Shown here piece by piece: positions 62,549-64,000 of a stretch of DNA of 64,000 nt (position 1 is its first letter; the number at the start of each line of letters is the position of its first letter). The notes beneath the pieces are model-generated. The model was not told the DNA's origin, did not search any database, and worked only from the letters and a program-made list of their open reading frames with translations. The position numbers were made by a program, and so were the translations under genes. Source of the stretch: Mizuhopecten yessoensis (Eukaryota); contig NW_018408079.1 in the NCBI RefSeq assembly GCF_002113885.1, positions 4,010 through 68,009 on the forward strand, given 5' to 3'.

Positions 62549-63521
62549 TTGTGTGCCACGGTATCGTCAATCATGTTGAGATGATTAGTAATAAATAACT
62601 AAGTATAAAGCATTAGTTCCTTGTTCCAGTAAACGTAGATGTATTATTAGGAGCGGTCATGTTTCATTACCGGCGTGATTTTCCCAGGAAGTCAAGTGAG
62701 ACCAAAATGAACAGCATCTATTGAATCATTCTACCAGTTATACTTTTGGCGTCCAGATTTCACGGAACATTTTTTATAAAAAAAATAACGATTTGGTTAA
62801 TAATATGTTCTAAAGTATCGTTATATCATTCCATTCCACATTCAATTTGTCTTTCTCCAAAATGATATAACGTCGCGTGAGAGACGATATAGCTTTAAAG
62901 TAGAATAAAAAGTATTGGGTTTTTTTCAAGTTTTAATTTTTATGTTTTTGTGTTATGTTTCTGCTTCGTGTGACCATGTGTTAAGACTTTGTAGATCATA
63001 ATACCAGGGAAATGCTTACTTAACTAACATCACATTAGTAAGCAATGCTGAAGTAAGGCAGACACTGTTGAATCTATCAGATTAACGAGATACAATTGTA
63101 CTTTATGACAAATAAACTTATGTTCGTGCATACCCTGCTTTTTCTGTATTAAGTTTGGAAATTTCACAGAGCATTGTGATCTATTTATAAAATTATGATT
63201 ATAAGACTCTTTCATGCCCAGGGGTGTAGGTAAGGGAAACTTTACCAGAGATTTTATTTAATTTTGTAAATAACAACTTTTCCCCTGACTTTATTTTGCG
63301 ATAATGCACACACCATATTTGCAACATCACAGTTTGCACAGAAAAAAAATTCTCATATTTTTAACTTGTACGGTTAATAAAAGGTTTATTTGCATCACGT
63401 CGTCTTTTCCGCATCACGGCCACGGACCTTTCCAAATACGTGACGTCACGTCATTGTTGAACAGTTGTGACGTCACGTCAAGTGATTTCTTACATCCCTT
63501 TCTTACCCTAGACAGCTCACC

Positions 63522-64000
63522 ACTGTAGGTGGGGACCGGGAAAAGAATACACCTGCTGTTACCCACTACATGTTTCGTAGGAGGAGACTTATGCGGGACC
63601 CCCTGCAATATTTGAGATCATTATCTCCTTCTCTATTTCTAATAACCTTTTATTTCCTAGCGCCTTGCTTGGCAACACCTCATTTTATGTTGAGCGCTCG
63701 CCCAGGTGAGGAAGGCATTGGGTTCTGTTCCCAGGCCGTGACATACCAAAGTCCTTTAAAATGGTAGTTTTTATTCCCTGCTTTACGTTCAGCATTAAGG
63801 AGAATGGAAACAACTGGTTCACCCGTTGTTAGTATAATGTCACCGGGCGGAATGCTGTGCTGGGTGCCTTCGGCATGGTATTTCAAAGAGATAGCACTAT
63901 AAAGTCGGCATCAAATCCGCGCAATCACAAGGAGGCAATCACACCAACATACCCTGTATCCTGCATACACACCCGCAAGCACACATACACATGGAGGCAC
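63522..64000 (+). mobile_element. SINE family A copy, cut by the window edge
   Basis: Same head, core and ACTATAAAGTCGGCATC segments as the 5709-6240 and 52340-52985 copies. Confidence 0.85.

Overview
AT-rich eukaryotic genomic DNA, most likely from a bivalve mollusc. That assignment is inferred from the repeat families and the FReD expansion and is not proven. Host genes are: (i) the first two coding exons of a claudin/PMP-22-like gene on the minus strand (4345-4132, 2016-1867); (ii) a disrupted, roughly 540-codon Met/Trp/Asp/Lys hexapeptide-repeat coding region (25.5-23.9 kb, minus); (iii) a cluster of five apparently intronless signal peptide + PAN/apple + fibrinogen-domain (FReD) loci at 38-61 kb, of which only 37973-39022 is intact. 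The rest is dominated by mobile DNA. The largest structure is a ~13 kb inverted pair of one element carrying 21-bp arrays (8444-13431 versus 17375-21603). Each arm has its own later insertion, a 5'-truncated LINE sits in the spacer, and the outer right end abuts a Crypton-type tyrosine-recombinase relic. Also present are a Helentron-type (HINE) insertion, an Academ-like element with ~370-bp TIRs, a MULE-like MITE, several SINEs, L1/Tx1, LINE ORF1 and Penelope fragments, and a 1.9-kb tandem duplication whose second copy has grown satellite arrays. All calls were made by eye, and repeat boundaries are approximate.
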